Assembly: GCF_006345805.1 (NCBI RefSeq)
Contig: NC_043007.1
Location: forward strand, 40,238,001 to 40,302,000
Length of the DNA stretch: 64,000 bases
DNA from: Octopus sinensis
Taxonomy: Eukaryota
Reading direction: 5' to 3'
Shown: positions 13,801 through 26,219 of the stretch, in pieces
Layout: the number at the start of each line of letters is the position of its first letter
How positions within the stretch are numbered: the first letter of the stretch is position 1
Notes under the pieces: generated by a model
What the model saw: the letters and a program-made list of their open reading frames with translations, nothing else
Told to the model about the DNA's origin: nothing
Databases searched by the model: none
Translations under genes and position numbers: made by a program

Positions 13801-14122
13801 TGATCATGAGAGACATGCTGGCTTCTAGATTGTTCTTCTAGATCAGATCTCTGCTTGGAAACGGTATCATTTGCAGTATCCAGCTGAAACTGGATCTGCT
13901 TCAGTTCGGCTTGTAATTGATCAATTTGATCAGATTTTTCTCTCACCTTTTTGGCAAGATCATGGCGGTTATCAATTAACTGACTTATGGCTTCTTGGTG
14001 CTGGGAATCCAGTTCTTCAAGACTACTCTGAACATCATCTTTTTCACTGATTAATTTTTCTATCTGTTCATCTTTCTCAGCCAATTGATGCTTGGCTTCC
14101 TTCAGTTTTTCTTTCAAAGATT
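10866..14122 (-). CDS. TRIP11: TRIP11 giant coiled-coil exon (3257 nt)
   Basis: Core of the 1153-aa ORF; aaacag acceptor, GAG|gtaat donor; GMAP-210-like motifs LEELDSQHQEAISQLI, IIRDKDVEIDALKQK, KHQESVAYHNEIQRL, QERDQVIL. Confidence 0.95.
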
Positions 14123-14743
14123 CTGTTTCAATACAAAAACCAAAGAAAATTAAAGTACATGACGATAGCATTAGATGGAAATCATATGATAATACAGATA
14201 CGTCACCAATTTACCAGAGACCAATGGTCCAGAACCTCTCATAATCTGCACAAATTTACACTTAATGTATAAGTAGCTGTAAGTCATTTTATTATTTAAG
14301 CAAATTTTGCCCATCTTTATCTTATGAGTTCAAATTCAGCCGAGGTCAACTTTGCTTTTCATCCTTTCAGGGTTGATGGAATAAGTACCAGCTGAGTACT
14401 GGGGTTGATGATAATGTAATCAACTAGCCCCACCCCCAAGGTTTCAGGGCTTGTGCCTTTAGTAGAAACGATTATTTAAGCAAGTTTAATATTAGTTTAA
14501 TTTGGAGCAAGTTGACTAAGGCAACCACTGCTGGTTTGGAAAATTCAGTACACCAGAAAGGCTTTGGAACAAAAGGTTCAAGAAAATTGATGTTGTACCT
14601 GCATATACTATAATGGAATAATATAGAATACATAATAGAATTATATAGGAATTATATGAAAGCATATAATCTGATAGTATTAATATGATAGTATTATGTA
14701 GAAATTATCTGCTCTCTAAACCAGAAATCCAGTTTGAGGATAC

Positions 14744-14809
14744 CTTGCTGTTTCCTTCCTTCCCACCAGTCTGAGGAGCCCTGGAGAGGATCATGGACAT
14801 TACTTTTAT
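14744..14809 (-). CDS. Candidate cassette exon (N)KSNVHDPLQGSSDWWEGRKQQ
   Basis: long pyrimidine tract then aag acceptor, AAG|gtatcc donor, 66 nt, phase 1-1 matching both neighbours. Confidence 0.5.
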
Positions 14810-14918
14810 CTTGATTTAGCAATGTAAGAGGAAAAAAAAGAAAAAAATTCTGCTCACTAGCAACCTTAATTATAGTTTGCAAGCCAGAAGTCCTGAGAGA
14901 GGGAGAGAAGGAAAGAAG

Positions 14919-14996
<78 letters not shown>

Positions 14997-15366
14997 CACA
15001 CTTATCCACTACACCCATCCACAGGTTCTACATGGCTCACTCAAGCTGCATGGAATAGTAACTAAATCTCTCACAAGCCATAATAAACCTGATATCTAAA
15101 AACAGAATAAAAATAGTAGCTATTGGGCTGTGTAGTCCTAGATATATAAAAGATAGAGTGGGCAGCAGTGACCACTGCTGGAATAGTTTTCCACCTGGGG
15201 GTTCAGAACAACTACAACATATTTGAAGAAAATGTGTGAAAACAACAAAAACAAATAAGAGTGTTCTTTAATTTGGTTAGATATGCAGAACTCCTCCGGT
15301 CTATCTTTTCATATAGTTTTCAGATATGCTGAGTACATTTTCAGACTAAGAGAAATATATTCTTAC

Positions 15367-15451
15367 TTTCATTTTTCACTTTCTCTGTGTATTTTTCTTC
15401 CAAAGATGTGGCCTTATCTTTGAAATAGCTGATTTCATCGTTGGCATGATG
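15367..15451 (-). CDS. TRIP11: TRIP11 exon HHANDEISYFKDKATSLEEKYTEKVKNE
   Basis: tttcag acceptor, gtaaga donor, 85 nt, phase 0-1. Confidence 0.85.
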
Positions 15452-16244
15452 CTGAAATAATAAATGGCACAAGAATAAGGTTACATTAAGTGTGACGTAT
15501 ATTTTAGTAAATTTATTTTTTTCAACTAATGCAAGTATGGGATTGCCTTTTTTTGATTTTTTTTTTTTTTTTTTGCTATTTTCCAACTGTATTGACGCTA
15601 AATTTATAAAAAAAACAAAAAACAAAACCAACATCAGGATCAAAGCTGTTATGGCATGAGCCAATGAGTGAGTCTCTGTATGACTGATGAATCTTCAAAA
15701 AATAGTAACCAAAAGCCCACTCTCAAGTAACAAGTTATCCTCTTACAAAAAGAACACATTAGACAATGTAACCTTGAGATTTCTGCGCATAGGAATAACA
15801 AAGGATAGACATGACTGGAGTGCTTTTGATGATAGCTCTGCTTAGTCAGAGCTGTTTTGGGGCTAAACAACATCTATAAGAATAAATCCTAATGACATAA
15901 TCAGAAACACACATACATATATATACATATACATACATACATAAATACACACACTTACATATATATATAAAATGAAGGCAAGCGGCCTAGTTGTTAGGGT
16001 GTTTCAATCATGACTGCAAGATCATGGTTTTGATTCTCAGTCATGCAGTGCATTGTTCTTGAGCAAACATTTCCTTTGACACGGCTCCTATCCATTCAGC
16101 TCTAAATAGGTAATCCTGCGATGGACTGGTTTCCCATTCCTCCTAGCTAGCAAGGATGTGCATTGTGACCAGCTATGTATAACAACATCCAATAGTCTAG
16201 TCTGGTCGATATATTGGCTGTAGCACCCTTAATTATATCTGCAT

Positions 16245-16665
16245 TTATATTCTTTTATTCTTTTAGTTGTTTCAGTTATTTAACTGCGGCCATGCTGGAG
16301 TACTGTCTTAAAGAGATTTTTAGTCAAACAAATCGATACCAGGACTTATTGTTTCTAAGCCTAGTACTTATTCTATCAGTCTCCTTTGACGAACTACTAG
16401 GTTATGAGAACGTAAACACACCAACATAGATTGTCAAGCAATGGTGGGAAGACAAACATAGACACAAAGACACACACACACAAGTATATACATATAAGTA
16501 TTATACATGACAGGCTTCTTTCAGTTTCCACCTATCAAATCCACTCACATGGATTTGGACAGCCCAAGACTATAGTAGAAACACTTGTCCAAGGTGTTAT
16601 GCAGTGGGACTGAACCCAGAACCATGCAGTTGGGAAGCAAGCTTCTTAGCACACAGTCATGCCTC
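16245..16665 (-). mobile_element. Near full-length CORE-like tRNA SINE
   Basis: Reverse strand has tRNA head (ggttcagtcccactgc), accttggacaagtgtttctactatag core, internal (TG)n, taaaaga tail. Confidence 0.75.
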
Positions 16666-18859
16666 GCTGTAAATATAGTAGGTATATTTTATATGTAACT
16701 ATGTATAGCAAAAGTAGGCATAAGCTTTTTTTATTCAGTTACACAGGTTGTTCAAATTGCACATGTTAGAAGGGTAACTCCTCCACTATAGTAAGTGTTC
16801 TTCTAGTTCTCCTTCATTGCAGGTAAATAATTCATCTGTAAAATTACTGAATTAGTGAGAGCATTGCCATACTCAGAAAAATCTGTTAGCTGGTCCAATG
16901 ATGGTGATGAAGATGGCAACACTGTCACTAGTCCAGTAATATTACTGATGTATGTTATATATTTCTGAAGATTTGACAATGCAATTTGATTATATAATTT
17001 ACATTAAATAATCATTCTTTGTTAATGAAAATGGTGTAAAATATTTTATAACTGATCTCTCCTTTTTTGCTTTATATATGAACTGTATCTGTACTTGGAC
17101 ATACCGAAGTGCAGATTCCTGCAAAATGGTACAAGGACTAGTCCTCATTCAGATATTAGAGAATACACATGGAGCATTAAATACTGGTTGTCATGTAATT
17201 TAAATTCTAAATTACACTATATAATATATATCATATATATATACACAGACACACAGACACACACACACACACACACACACAAACATAAAAATCATACTTT
17301 CAAGACCACACAATTATTAAGGAAGAGTCCAGTCAGATTGATAATTGTGTTTAACTAGTATCTACAAGCTACAATGAAAAAGCATGAAAGACGAGGTCAA
17401 CAAACAATCAGGGCTTGAAATCTGAATGTAAAGCAATGCATCAACAACCTTCAGGGAAAGCATTATCTACTGTGTTCAATTAATTCATTTAGAAAGCATT
17501 TATGACATTACAGCAGTTATACAAAGTGAAAAAATACAAACATGTAGCATGGCCTGTGATGGTTAAAACAAATTTAAGAACATTGAAATAAATGTGGCAT
17601 TCGCAGTGAAAAATCCCACCAGCCAAAAAAAAAAAAAAAAGAAAAAAACTATGAACACCAGGTCAACCATTAAACTTAATCAAGTAGACCTGTAATTAAC
17701 ATAATCTAGCTGTGACCATTTCCTCTGTATAGAGGTACCTACAACTACATAAGCTAGTGTGTTCCAATGCCTCTTTTTCAGGAGAATTGCATGCAATTTG
17801 AGATAATTTTGGTCACTATTTCTAGCAGAGTGAGCAACTGCTTTGAGAAGTGATTTTTCCATCTTTCGTGATTGACAGCACATTGAATAAGGTAGAACAT
17901 ACCAGCAGCATTTTAAAAGTTAAAAGAAATACAACTAAGCAATTAACCTGGCATGCTAAGGATTCTGCCAGCTTGCTGCCTTAATAATAATAAGCCTTTC
18001 TACTATAGGCACAAGGCCTAATGTGTGTATGTCCATGAAAATTAATGGATAAATGAAAGAAAGTGGCACTCAATAGATTTAGTAGGAGACACATATATTA
18101 CTAAGAAACAGTTTGATTCAGTTCTATGGAACCAAATAAAACTGTTATTACCATCATCATCAACAATTAATGTTCATTTTCCATGCTGGCATGGGTGGGC
18201 TGGCTGGCTTGACAGGAACTAACAAGGCCAGGGGCCACACTAAGTTCCATAGTCAGTTTTGGCTTGGTTTCTACAGCTGGATGCCTTTCCTAACATCAAC
18301 CATTCTACTGAGTGTACTAGGTGCTTTTTACATGGCATCAGCACCCGTGCTGGTGTCATTTTATAAGTCACCAACACCCACACCAATACTTTTTATGTGG
18401 TACCTTGGTTTTAGGATCTCAATTCTGTTGTGGTGGGCAGGTCTTCTCGAGTACAGCAAAGCACCTCATAACTCAGAGAAGGGTGAGAATACTGCACTGT
18501 ATTGCAAAGGAATCGAGTTTTCTAAATATCCTGCCATTTTCCAACTTGCCTCAAGATATTTCTAAATATCTTGCCATTTTCCAACTTGCCTGCATTACCG
18601 CAGACAGTAAGTTGCAACAACAGTGCAGTGGCATAGTGAGTGAAAACATGAGACTTCCACATTGGCTCAACAACCAACTGTGTAATTACCATGTAAGACA
18701 ACGCTTAACTGTTAGTCTAGAGAGCACATGGGGAAAAAAAATGGAGTTACAGACACAATAGCCTGGGGTAGTCTTCTACTTGGCCAGCTCCCGTCAAACT
18801 GTCCAATCCATGCCTGCATGGAAGGAGAATGTTAAATTGATGACAATGATAATGATATC

Positions 18860-19320
18860 TTTAGGATATTAAAATTATCCTTATGTATATTGAATCTTTG
18901 TAACATATCAGCTATACTATTGTAGATTATGATATCTTTATAATAAAAGAATAACTTCCTGATATAATAGTGATATCTTTAGTATAACAATGATCTTTAT
19001 GATATAGCAATGATATATTTATCATATAACAACAATAACATTATTTCATATCAGTTATATTTTTATGATTCAATAATGACATCATCTTCATATAACAATA
19101 TCTTTATGATATGAAAATGATATTATGATATGGCAATAATATCACTATGATACAATATCTTTATGATATAACAACAATATCATTATGATACAACAATGAT
19201 ACCATTAAATTATGATAACAATCTCTGTACAATATAACAAAGACATTTGTATGATATAGTAACAATATCATTATAAAAGATATTATTATGATATAACAAT
19301 GATATTGTTATAGCAACAAA
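18860..19320. repeat. Degenerate AT-rich ~22-bp minisatellite (tatgatataacaatgatatctt-like)
   Basis: Recurrent atgatata/acaatgata/tcttt units. Confidence 0.6.
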
Positions 19321-19589
19321 GCCCTTATATAGCAAAACTGTACAAGGGAGCTGTACAGAGACAGTGTCACAATAAAATTAATGTAATATAAATACAATAA
19401 AAATTTTTAAATGCAAGATAAAGACAACAGTAACAAACAATTCAATAACAACAACAAAAAAAACTAATTAGCAAGAATAACCAAAACAGCAATTTACAAA
19501 TAATTTATGTTTTAAACAACAAATGATAAAAAATATAAATCACTACTAGCAACAGCAAACCACATTCCAAAATGCAAAGCACAGAAAAT

Positions 19590-19798
19590 TCAATTTTTTT
19601 GCACAAGCCCAGCAATTTTAGGGGAGGTGGGGTTAAATGGAGTACATAGATCCCAGTGTTCTGCTGGTACTTATTTTATTGACCTTGAAAGGAAAAATGG
19701 TAATGTCAAGCTCAGTAGAATTCGATCTCAGAACATAAAGAGCCAAAAGAAATGCTGCTAAGCATTTTGAATAACATGATTCTGCCAGTTCATTGCAA

Positions 19799-19839
<41 letters not shown>

Positions 19840-21450
19840 ATAATAATAATAATGATGATAATACTTTCTACTATAGGCACAAGACCTGGATTTTGTGGTG
19901 AGGGGGACAGTCAGTCACATCGACCTCAGTACTGGTACTTGATTTATCAACCCCTAAAGGATGAAAAGTAAAGTCGACCTTGGCGGAATTTGAACTCAGA
20001 ACGTAGTGACAGATGAAATACAACTAAGCAATTCGCCCGGCATGCTAAAGATTCTGCCAGCTTGCTGCCTTAATAATAATAATAATCCTTTCTACTATAG
20101 GCACAAGGCCTGAAATTTTGAAGAGGGGGATAGTCAATTACATCGACCCCAGTACTCAACTGGTACTTAATTAATCGACTCCAAAAGGATAAAAGGCATA
20201 GTCGACCTCGAAGACATTTGAACTCAGAAGGTAATAGCAAATGAAATACTGCTAAGCATTTTGCCCAGTGTGCTAACGATTCTGCTGAGTGAGGGAAGAA
20301 GGTTGTTGCTCAGATGTGTGGGGAAGAAAGGTTACATGCAAAAACTGGTCCTGCAATAGGAACCAGTCAGTGCATGTCACCTTCCTTCCCACACATTTGA
20401 GCAATGACATTTTTCTATTGCACACTTGTCCACATGTCCTCAAGAAAGGGTCATAACCCCATAATATAGATATATAAGGTAAAACTCCAACTTTGTTTAG
20501 TTTTCTTTTTGTAGCCCACTTTATATCTTCTTACATTGTTCAAGCCTTAGCCAACAACTCCCTTTAATGTAATAATCATAATGGTTTCAAATTTTCTTTT
20601 GGCATAAGTCCAGAAGCTTTGAAGTGAGTGCAGGAGGTTTAGTCTGTATCATCAACTCCAGTACTTGACTGGTACTTAATTTTATTGACTCCAAAAGATG
20701 AAAGGCTATGATGACATAGGCAGGATTTGAAACCAGAATGTAAAGATCTAATGATTCTGTCGATTCATCACCTTTAATAACAATCCTTTTTACAAAAGGC
20801 ACAAGGCATGAAATTTGCGGGTAGGGGACGAGTCAATGACATTGACTCCAGTGTTTCGCTGGTACTTAATTTATCAACCCTGAAAGAATGAAAGGCAAAG
20901 TTGACCTTGGCAGAATTTGAACTCAGAATGTGGCGGCCATGGGCGGAATACCGTTAAGCATTTTGTTTAGCATGCTAATGACTCTGCCAGCTCACCATCT
21001 TATCACCTTTAATAATAATAATAATAGTTTCAAATTTTGGTTCCAGGCCAGCAATTCTGGGGGAGGGGATAAGTCGATTACATCAACCCCAGTACTTAAC
21101 TTATTTTATCAACCCTAAGAAGATGAAAGGCATGTCAGCCTCAGCAGAATTTGAACTCAGAATGCAGAAACAGATGAAATACCAGCTCACTGCCTTTATA
21201 ATAATAATGATAATAATAATAATAATCATAATAATAATAATAATCCTTTCTACTATAGGCACAAGGCCTGACATTTTTGGGGAGGGGGCCAGTTGATTAC
21301 ATCAACCTCAGTGTATAGTTGGTACTTAATTTATCGAGCCCAAAAAGATGAAAGGCAAAGTCGACCTCGGTAGAATTTGAACTTAGAATGTAAAGATGGA
21401 CAAAATGCAGCTGCACAATTTTTCTGGCATGCCAAAAATTCTTCCAGCTA
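19590..21450 (-). mobile_element. Head-to-tail array of about 7 tRNA-derived SINEs (Meta-domain-like) linked by (ATT)n
   Basis: Repeated plus-strand text cctttctactataggcacaagg...ggatgaaaggcaaagtcgacctc..gaatttgaactcaga...gctaagcattt separated by (aat)n. Confidence 0.8.
20302..20409. repeat. ~108-nt imperfect inverted repeat (hairpin)
   Basis: Arms 20302-20352 and 20358-20409 with 5-nt loop gcaat. Confidence 0.85.
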
Positions 21451-22304
21451 ATAGTGTCATCAAAGTAAAGGGCAACCTTTTTAAGGTTGCCCAAGAATGA
21501 TGGGAGAAGGAGATGAAGTAACTCCCAGACCAAATACTAGGCCCATAAGCTTACAACAGACTGGTTTTTGCTTACAGCACCTCAGAACCAAGAAGAACCA
21601 TTAAACAAGGCAACAGATTAAGCCTACATAAAAGGACTGGGACAGTTCCCACATCCAAAGGGCTTTTACAAGATTTCTGTAGGCTAAATTTCAGTCACAA
21701 GGCTTTGGTCAACAAATGGCTACAGTAGAAGATACTTGTGCAGTGTGCTGCATAGTAGGATTGACCCTGAAACCATGCAACTGGGACCAAAACAAAATAA
21801 GATATTCAAATCAATGTTTACAAATGACGAAGAAATTTTAGGTCAAACATCGGGCTGATATTAACTGAAATAGTTCTTTGTCCACCTGCTGGAATTTAAA
21901 GATTTCTTGTCTGTTGTTGTACCAGAAGGAACAACATGTTTGTAAAGTAAACCACAACCACCACAACATCAATGTTAACAACAACAACAACAACTAATTA
22001 CCACTAGATAGACATTTCATAAGAGAAAATCAAAATGGCAAAAAAAGAAGCAGGTGATATATGTGTGTGTGTGTGTATATCAGAATGTGTTCATAAGAGC
22101 AACCACAAATGAAAATAAAATAAAAATCTCAATTCTAATTTTTAATGTAGTTGAGCATAAAAAAATTATTTATGAATGCTGTAAATACTGACAGAGGTCC
22201 AAAATCTTTGGCTCTTTAAGTTTTCCAAAGTATTATTTGAAAAGTTAAAATATATGTGTATGCATGTGTGTGTGTGTGTGCATGTGTGTGTGTGTGTCTG
22301 TGTG

Positions 22305-23223
22305 TACGTCACATAATTTCTGATTATTCATAGTAACTATACTGTTAGTTATGTTTGAAGTGGAGGAGTATGATAATTTGATGGTGAATCTATTGAAGAT
22401 TTTATGGAAATTATGTATAAAGGTAAAATTTTCTATCTGGTGCATTTTTCACTGTTTGAAGCAGTGCTGGAACCCTAGTGAAGCGATGCCTTTTAACACC
22501 TCCGTCGTGTTTTCCTTCACCTCTTCCACATCTGCAAATTCCGTAGCACCAGCTTTTGTCACCAGTGATGACCTTCAAAGAAAAAGGTCCGGACCAACTT
22601 CCAACTGTTCTTTTAGTTCATGACACACATTCAGCTGTCGTGACTGCTTTTAATCTTCCATGAGCAAGCAAGGCATAAATTTTGTGCAAACACTTTTCAT
22701 TCGCAATTCCTCACTCAAAATTCATTGGAAAGAGCTCCAGGACACACCAATCATATTAACAAGTTCATCAATTGTTTGGTGACAGTCCTCCAAGATCACT
22801 TCATGAATTTTCATGATGTTTCCATTCGTTCGGGACATTGACAGTTGTCCTGGACACGATTGGTCTTCAAGCGACAAATGACCATTCTTAAAGAGTGGAA
22901 ATCACTCATAAATTCGTGTTTTGCTCATGGTACAATATCCTTGTAAGCTGTTAGAAACATGACATCTGTTTTGGCCACTGTTTTCTCCAGCAGAAAACAT
23001 GAATTTCATGGAAGCATGCTGTTCCTTCATTTCAGCCATTGCAAAAATCAACAAATAGGGAAGAAGCACTGCAAAATAAAGATGCACTACATGGTACTAT
23101 GACACCAGCCAACGACACCAGTCAGCAGACTGATGCCAGAGGGTTGCATCTAGCAGTGGAAGCTTGAGCTATAATGGGCTTGTCCCACAGAAAAATATTT
23201 CTGGTTACTTTTGGGTACCCCCT

Positions 23224-23227
<4 letters not shown>
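22305..23227 (-). mobile_element. Mariner transposon fossil (internally deleted)
   Basis: tatgagggggtacccaaaag end next to (TA)n; peptides MKEQHASMKF, MSKTRIYE*FPLFKNG, FADVEEVKENTTEVLKGI. Confidence 0.75.
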
Positions 23228-23257
<30 letters not shown>

Positions 23258-23554
23258 GCACAGGTGCACAGATTCAAATGGAAAAGGATTTGGTGATGGT
23301 ATGTAGGTTCTTCTATATTTTGGAAACCAAACTAAAGCAAGCAAGAAGAAATGCACAGAGAGTGGAAAGAACAATAGTAATAAAAGTAAAAAAGAAAAAG
23401 AAACAAAAAACATGGCCCCAAACATCAACAAGCTACTATCACAACAAATGTCTAAATATGTGAAAAAGGCACCAGAAGAATAAGGCAAAACAGCAAGGCA
23501 AGACAAGGCAGGAAGTGACACGGATGGACAACAGTAGCCAAGGGTCATGCAAAC

Positions 23555-23761
23555 CTTTTCTTGGAGTAGATACTCTCTCTCCCTTTCCAAATCGGCATTG
23601 GCCTGCGTGAGCAGGGCCACCTGCCGGTCAAACTTCTCAATGTCAACGCTGAAGTCGCTGCTAGCATCTTCCTCATCACTGTTCATAGAGCGGGGTTCAC
23701 GCAGATAACCCATTTTTAGCGGATATAAGCTGGCAGCAGCTTTGTCTAGTAAATACTCAGC
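23555..23761 (-). CDS. TRIP11: TRIP11 exon AEYLLDKAAASLYPLKMGYLREPRSMNSDEEDASSDFSVDIEKFDRQVALLTQANADLEREREYLLQEK
   Basis: aag acceptor, gtttgc donor, 207 nt, phase 0-0; GC-richer coding-like block in an AT-rich intron. Confidence 0.8.
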
Positions 23762-23783
23762 CTTTAAGACAAAGATTATATGA

Positions 23784-23820
<37 letters not shown>

Positions 23821-23868
23821 TACACACATATATATATATAATATATATATATGTACATATATATATAT

Positions 23869-23902
<34 letters not shown>

Positions 23903-24310
23903 CACACACACACACACACTAATATGTAGATATACATATGTCTATCAACATATAAATATATAGACATGATGATGATAGATTTATAAATATATATATATAT
24001 ATACACACACACACTCACACATAGAGTATCTTACAATCTTATAGACAATTTAAGTTAGGTTTAGAGAAAGATAACTAGCTTTATTTAGTCCAAGTTGTTG
24101 CCACTTTCTCCTTCAGCCTGGGTTGTGCCTCAAGGTGGCCAATGGTAATATGAGATAACCAGGTAACTTTCACTAAACATGAAATTTAAGTTGATATTTC
24201 AAAGATTATAAGATACTGCATATGAAATATTCCTACCTCAGAAAAGTATTATGTACTTTAATATACTGATCCTATCAAAAAAGAAACACCACACTCACAT
24301 ACACATATAT

Positions 24311-24537
24311 ATTTCTTTACTACCCACAAGGGGCTAAACACAGAGGGGACAAACAAAGACAGACAAATGGATTAAGTTGATTACATCGACCCCAGTGCGT
24401 AACTGGTACTTAATTTATCGACCCCAAAAGGATGAAAGGCAAAGTCGACCGCGGCGGAATTTGAACTCAGAACGTAACGGCAGACGAAATACGGCTACGC
24501 ATTTCGCCTGGCATGCTAACGTTTCTGCCAGCTCGCA
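24311..24537 (-). mobile_element. Meta-like tRNA SINE, tail variant B
   Basis: Close to the 37816-38046 copy; tail ...ccccttgtgggtagtaaagaaat on the minus strand. Confidence 0.8.
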
Positions 24538-25439
24538 TATAGATACACATATAGATATGCTGATCCTATCAAAAACAGAAACAGCACATATGTATATATA
24601 CATATTACTCAATACCTGAAGTAGAATTTATAATAATAATAGCAAATCACACTGAGATTTTACACAACCATAACTCTGAGTTTCACATTATCACTTGTAG
24701 ACAGCTTTTATTGTAAGAAGGTGAGATATATTTGAAAATATCTTAATCTGAAGAAATACAGATTTCAAATTTTGGCACAAGGCCAACAATTTTGGGAGAG
24801 AGGGTAATTCGATTACATAGACCCCCCCCCCCAGTGTTTAACTAATACTTATTCTACTGACCCTGGGAGAATAAAAAAAGCAAAGTCAACTTTGGCAGAA
24901 TTTGAACTTAAAACTGTAAAAATGGATGAAATACTGCTAAGCATTTTGTCCAGTGTGCTAATGATTCTGCCAGCTTACTGCCTTAGTGATTTAATCTACA
25001 ATGAATAGCTTTATCAATGTGTTTAACATCCAGAGATGCAAACTACCCCTGATCCTGTCTGTTTCATTTGAAATATAAACAAAACACTTAATAGACCAAG
25101 TGAGAACAATGGTCAGTGAGCTCCTTTGTTTACAAGTTGAGACGCAGCAGTTGTTTTATGAGAGATGTCTAACTGCTGTGTTGGAGAAGGCAAGCCAACC
25201 TTTTCCTTCTTAGCAAATGACAAGGGTGGCTGTTACAAGATCATAATATTAATTGAATAATAATGAAAAGCAGATTGATAAAGTTTCTAAATAACAATTT
25301 CTGGGTTTTTTTTTTTTTTTAGATGGAAGTAGAGAAGGGAATACTGTCAAATTGGCTGTCCTTTATTTCTGGCGATTGTTTTCTTAGCAGCTAGAGGAAA
25401 AAAAAATGCTGTCAATATAAGCTGGAAGAATAAATTAAG

Positions 25440-25960
25440 CTGAGAGTGATATTATACAGTAATAATATCAAATGGTAGCAGGTAAATATTATAGATCGGA
25501 TAGTAAAGTGTTCACAAGAGTAAGATATCAGTGAGATCATTAGCCAGTTAGTAACCATACATTCATTAGTAAGGAAGCAGTGATGTCATCAACTAATTAA
25601 TACTAGTGAAAAAATGTACGTTTATTAATAAAGTAACAACTACATCAAAAATTGGTTTACGAAGAAAGGTAATATAGATTAGGCAGTAAGGTTACAATGA
25701 TGTCACCATTTAACTAGTATGATAAGAATGATATCACCAATTAACTAGTAAAGATAATAATGATGTCACAGATTAATTATAAGATGCCAGTAATGTCACA
25801 GATTAATTACCAAGGTAACCATGACAGTAAACGTTAGTAACAACAATCAATCTCTTATATTACTTGATACTGGTGGAAAATTACCAAAAGTAACTGTGAT
25901 GTACAATTAGCAAGATCAGTTAGTAATTAGTACTAATATAATTAGTTAAATAACAGTCAC
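25440..25960. repeat. Degenerate ~30-bp minisatellite (gataacaatgatgtcaccaattaactagtaa-like)
   Basis: Units such as aatgatgtcaccatttaactagt, aatgatatcaccaattaactagt, aatgatgtcacagattaattat. Confidence 0.6.
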
Positions 25961-26219
25961 AAATTAATTCAAAATTGAATTTAACCAATTAATCACAACA
26001 GAATGCTATCAAGCGAAAGTATACATTATGTTACATGCAACATAATTAAACTGAGAAGAAGAAACAAAACTAAATTGAGATGGATATAAGAAATAATTAG
26101 TGAGGAATCTAACAAACAAGCAACAATGATTGCCATTGATGCTGAATGCCAGAATCTTGATTTTCTTTGAGTTCTACAATATAATTCCTGGTTAACACTG
26201 TTGTGTGAGTCTACAAAAT

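Noticed and set aside
10710-14171. 1153-aa ORF as a standalone intronless gene
   Set aside because: Splice sites at 14122 and 10866 join in phase to neighbouring exons; the ORF's first 16 and last ~51 residues are intronic read-through.
17105-17118. 14-nt microexon (ttttgcag|GAATCTGCACTTCG|gtatgt, minus strand)
   Set aside because: Good-looking sites but it would shift the frame between two phase-0 exons; no support without RNA data.
18519-18591. 33-bp direct repeat with 40-bp period
   Set aside because: Ordinary local tandem duplication inside a decayed RTE fragment.
19590-21450. CRISPR-like or tRNA gene array
   Set aside because: Units are ~220-bp diverged SINEs with no spacer structure and no complete cloverleaf.
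21470-21492. Short perfect hairpin gggcaacct-tttta-aggttgccc
   Set aside because: 9-bp stem is plausible by chance and lies in probable LINE debris.
23150-23917. 255-aa ORF
   Set aside because: Only 23555-23761 is exonic; the flanks are translated (TA)n and intron.
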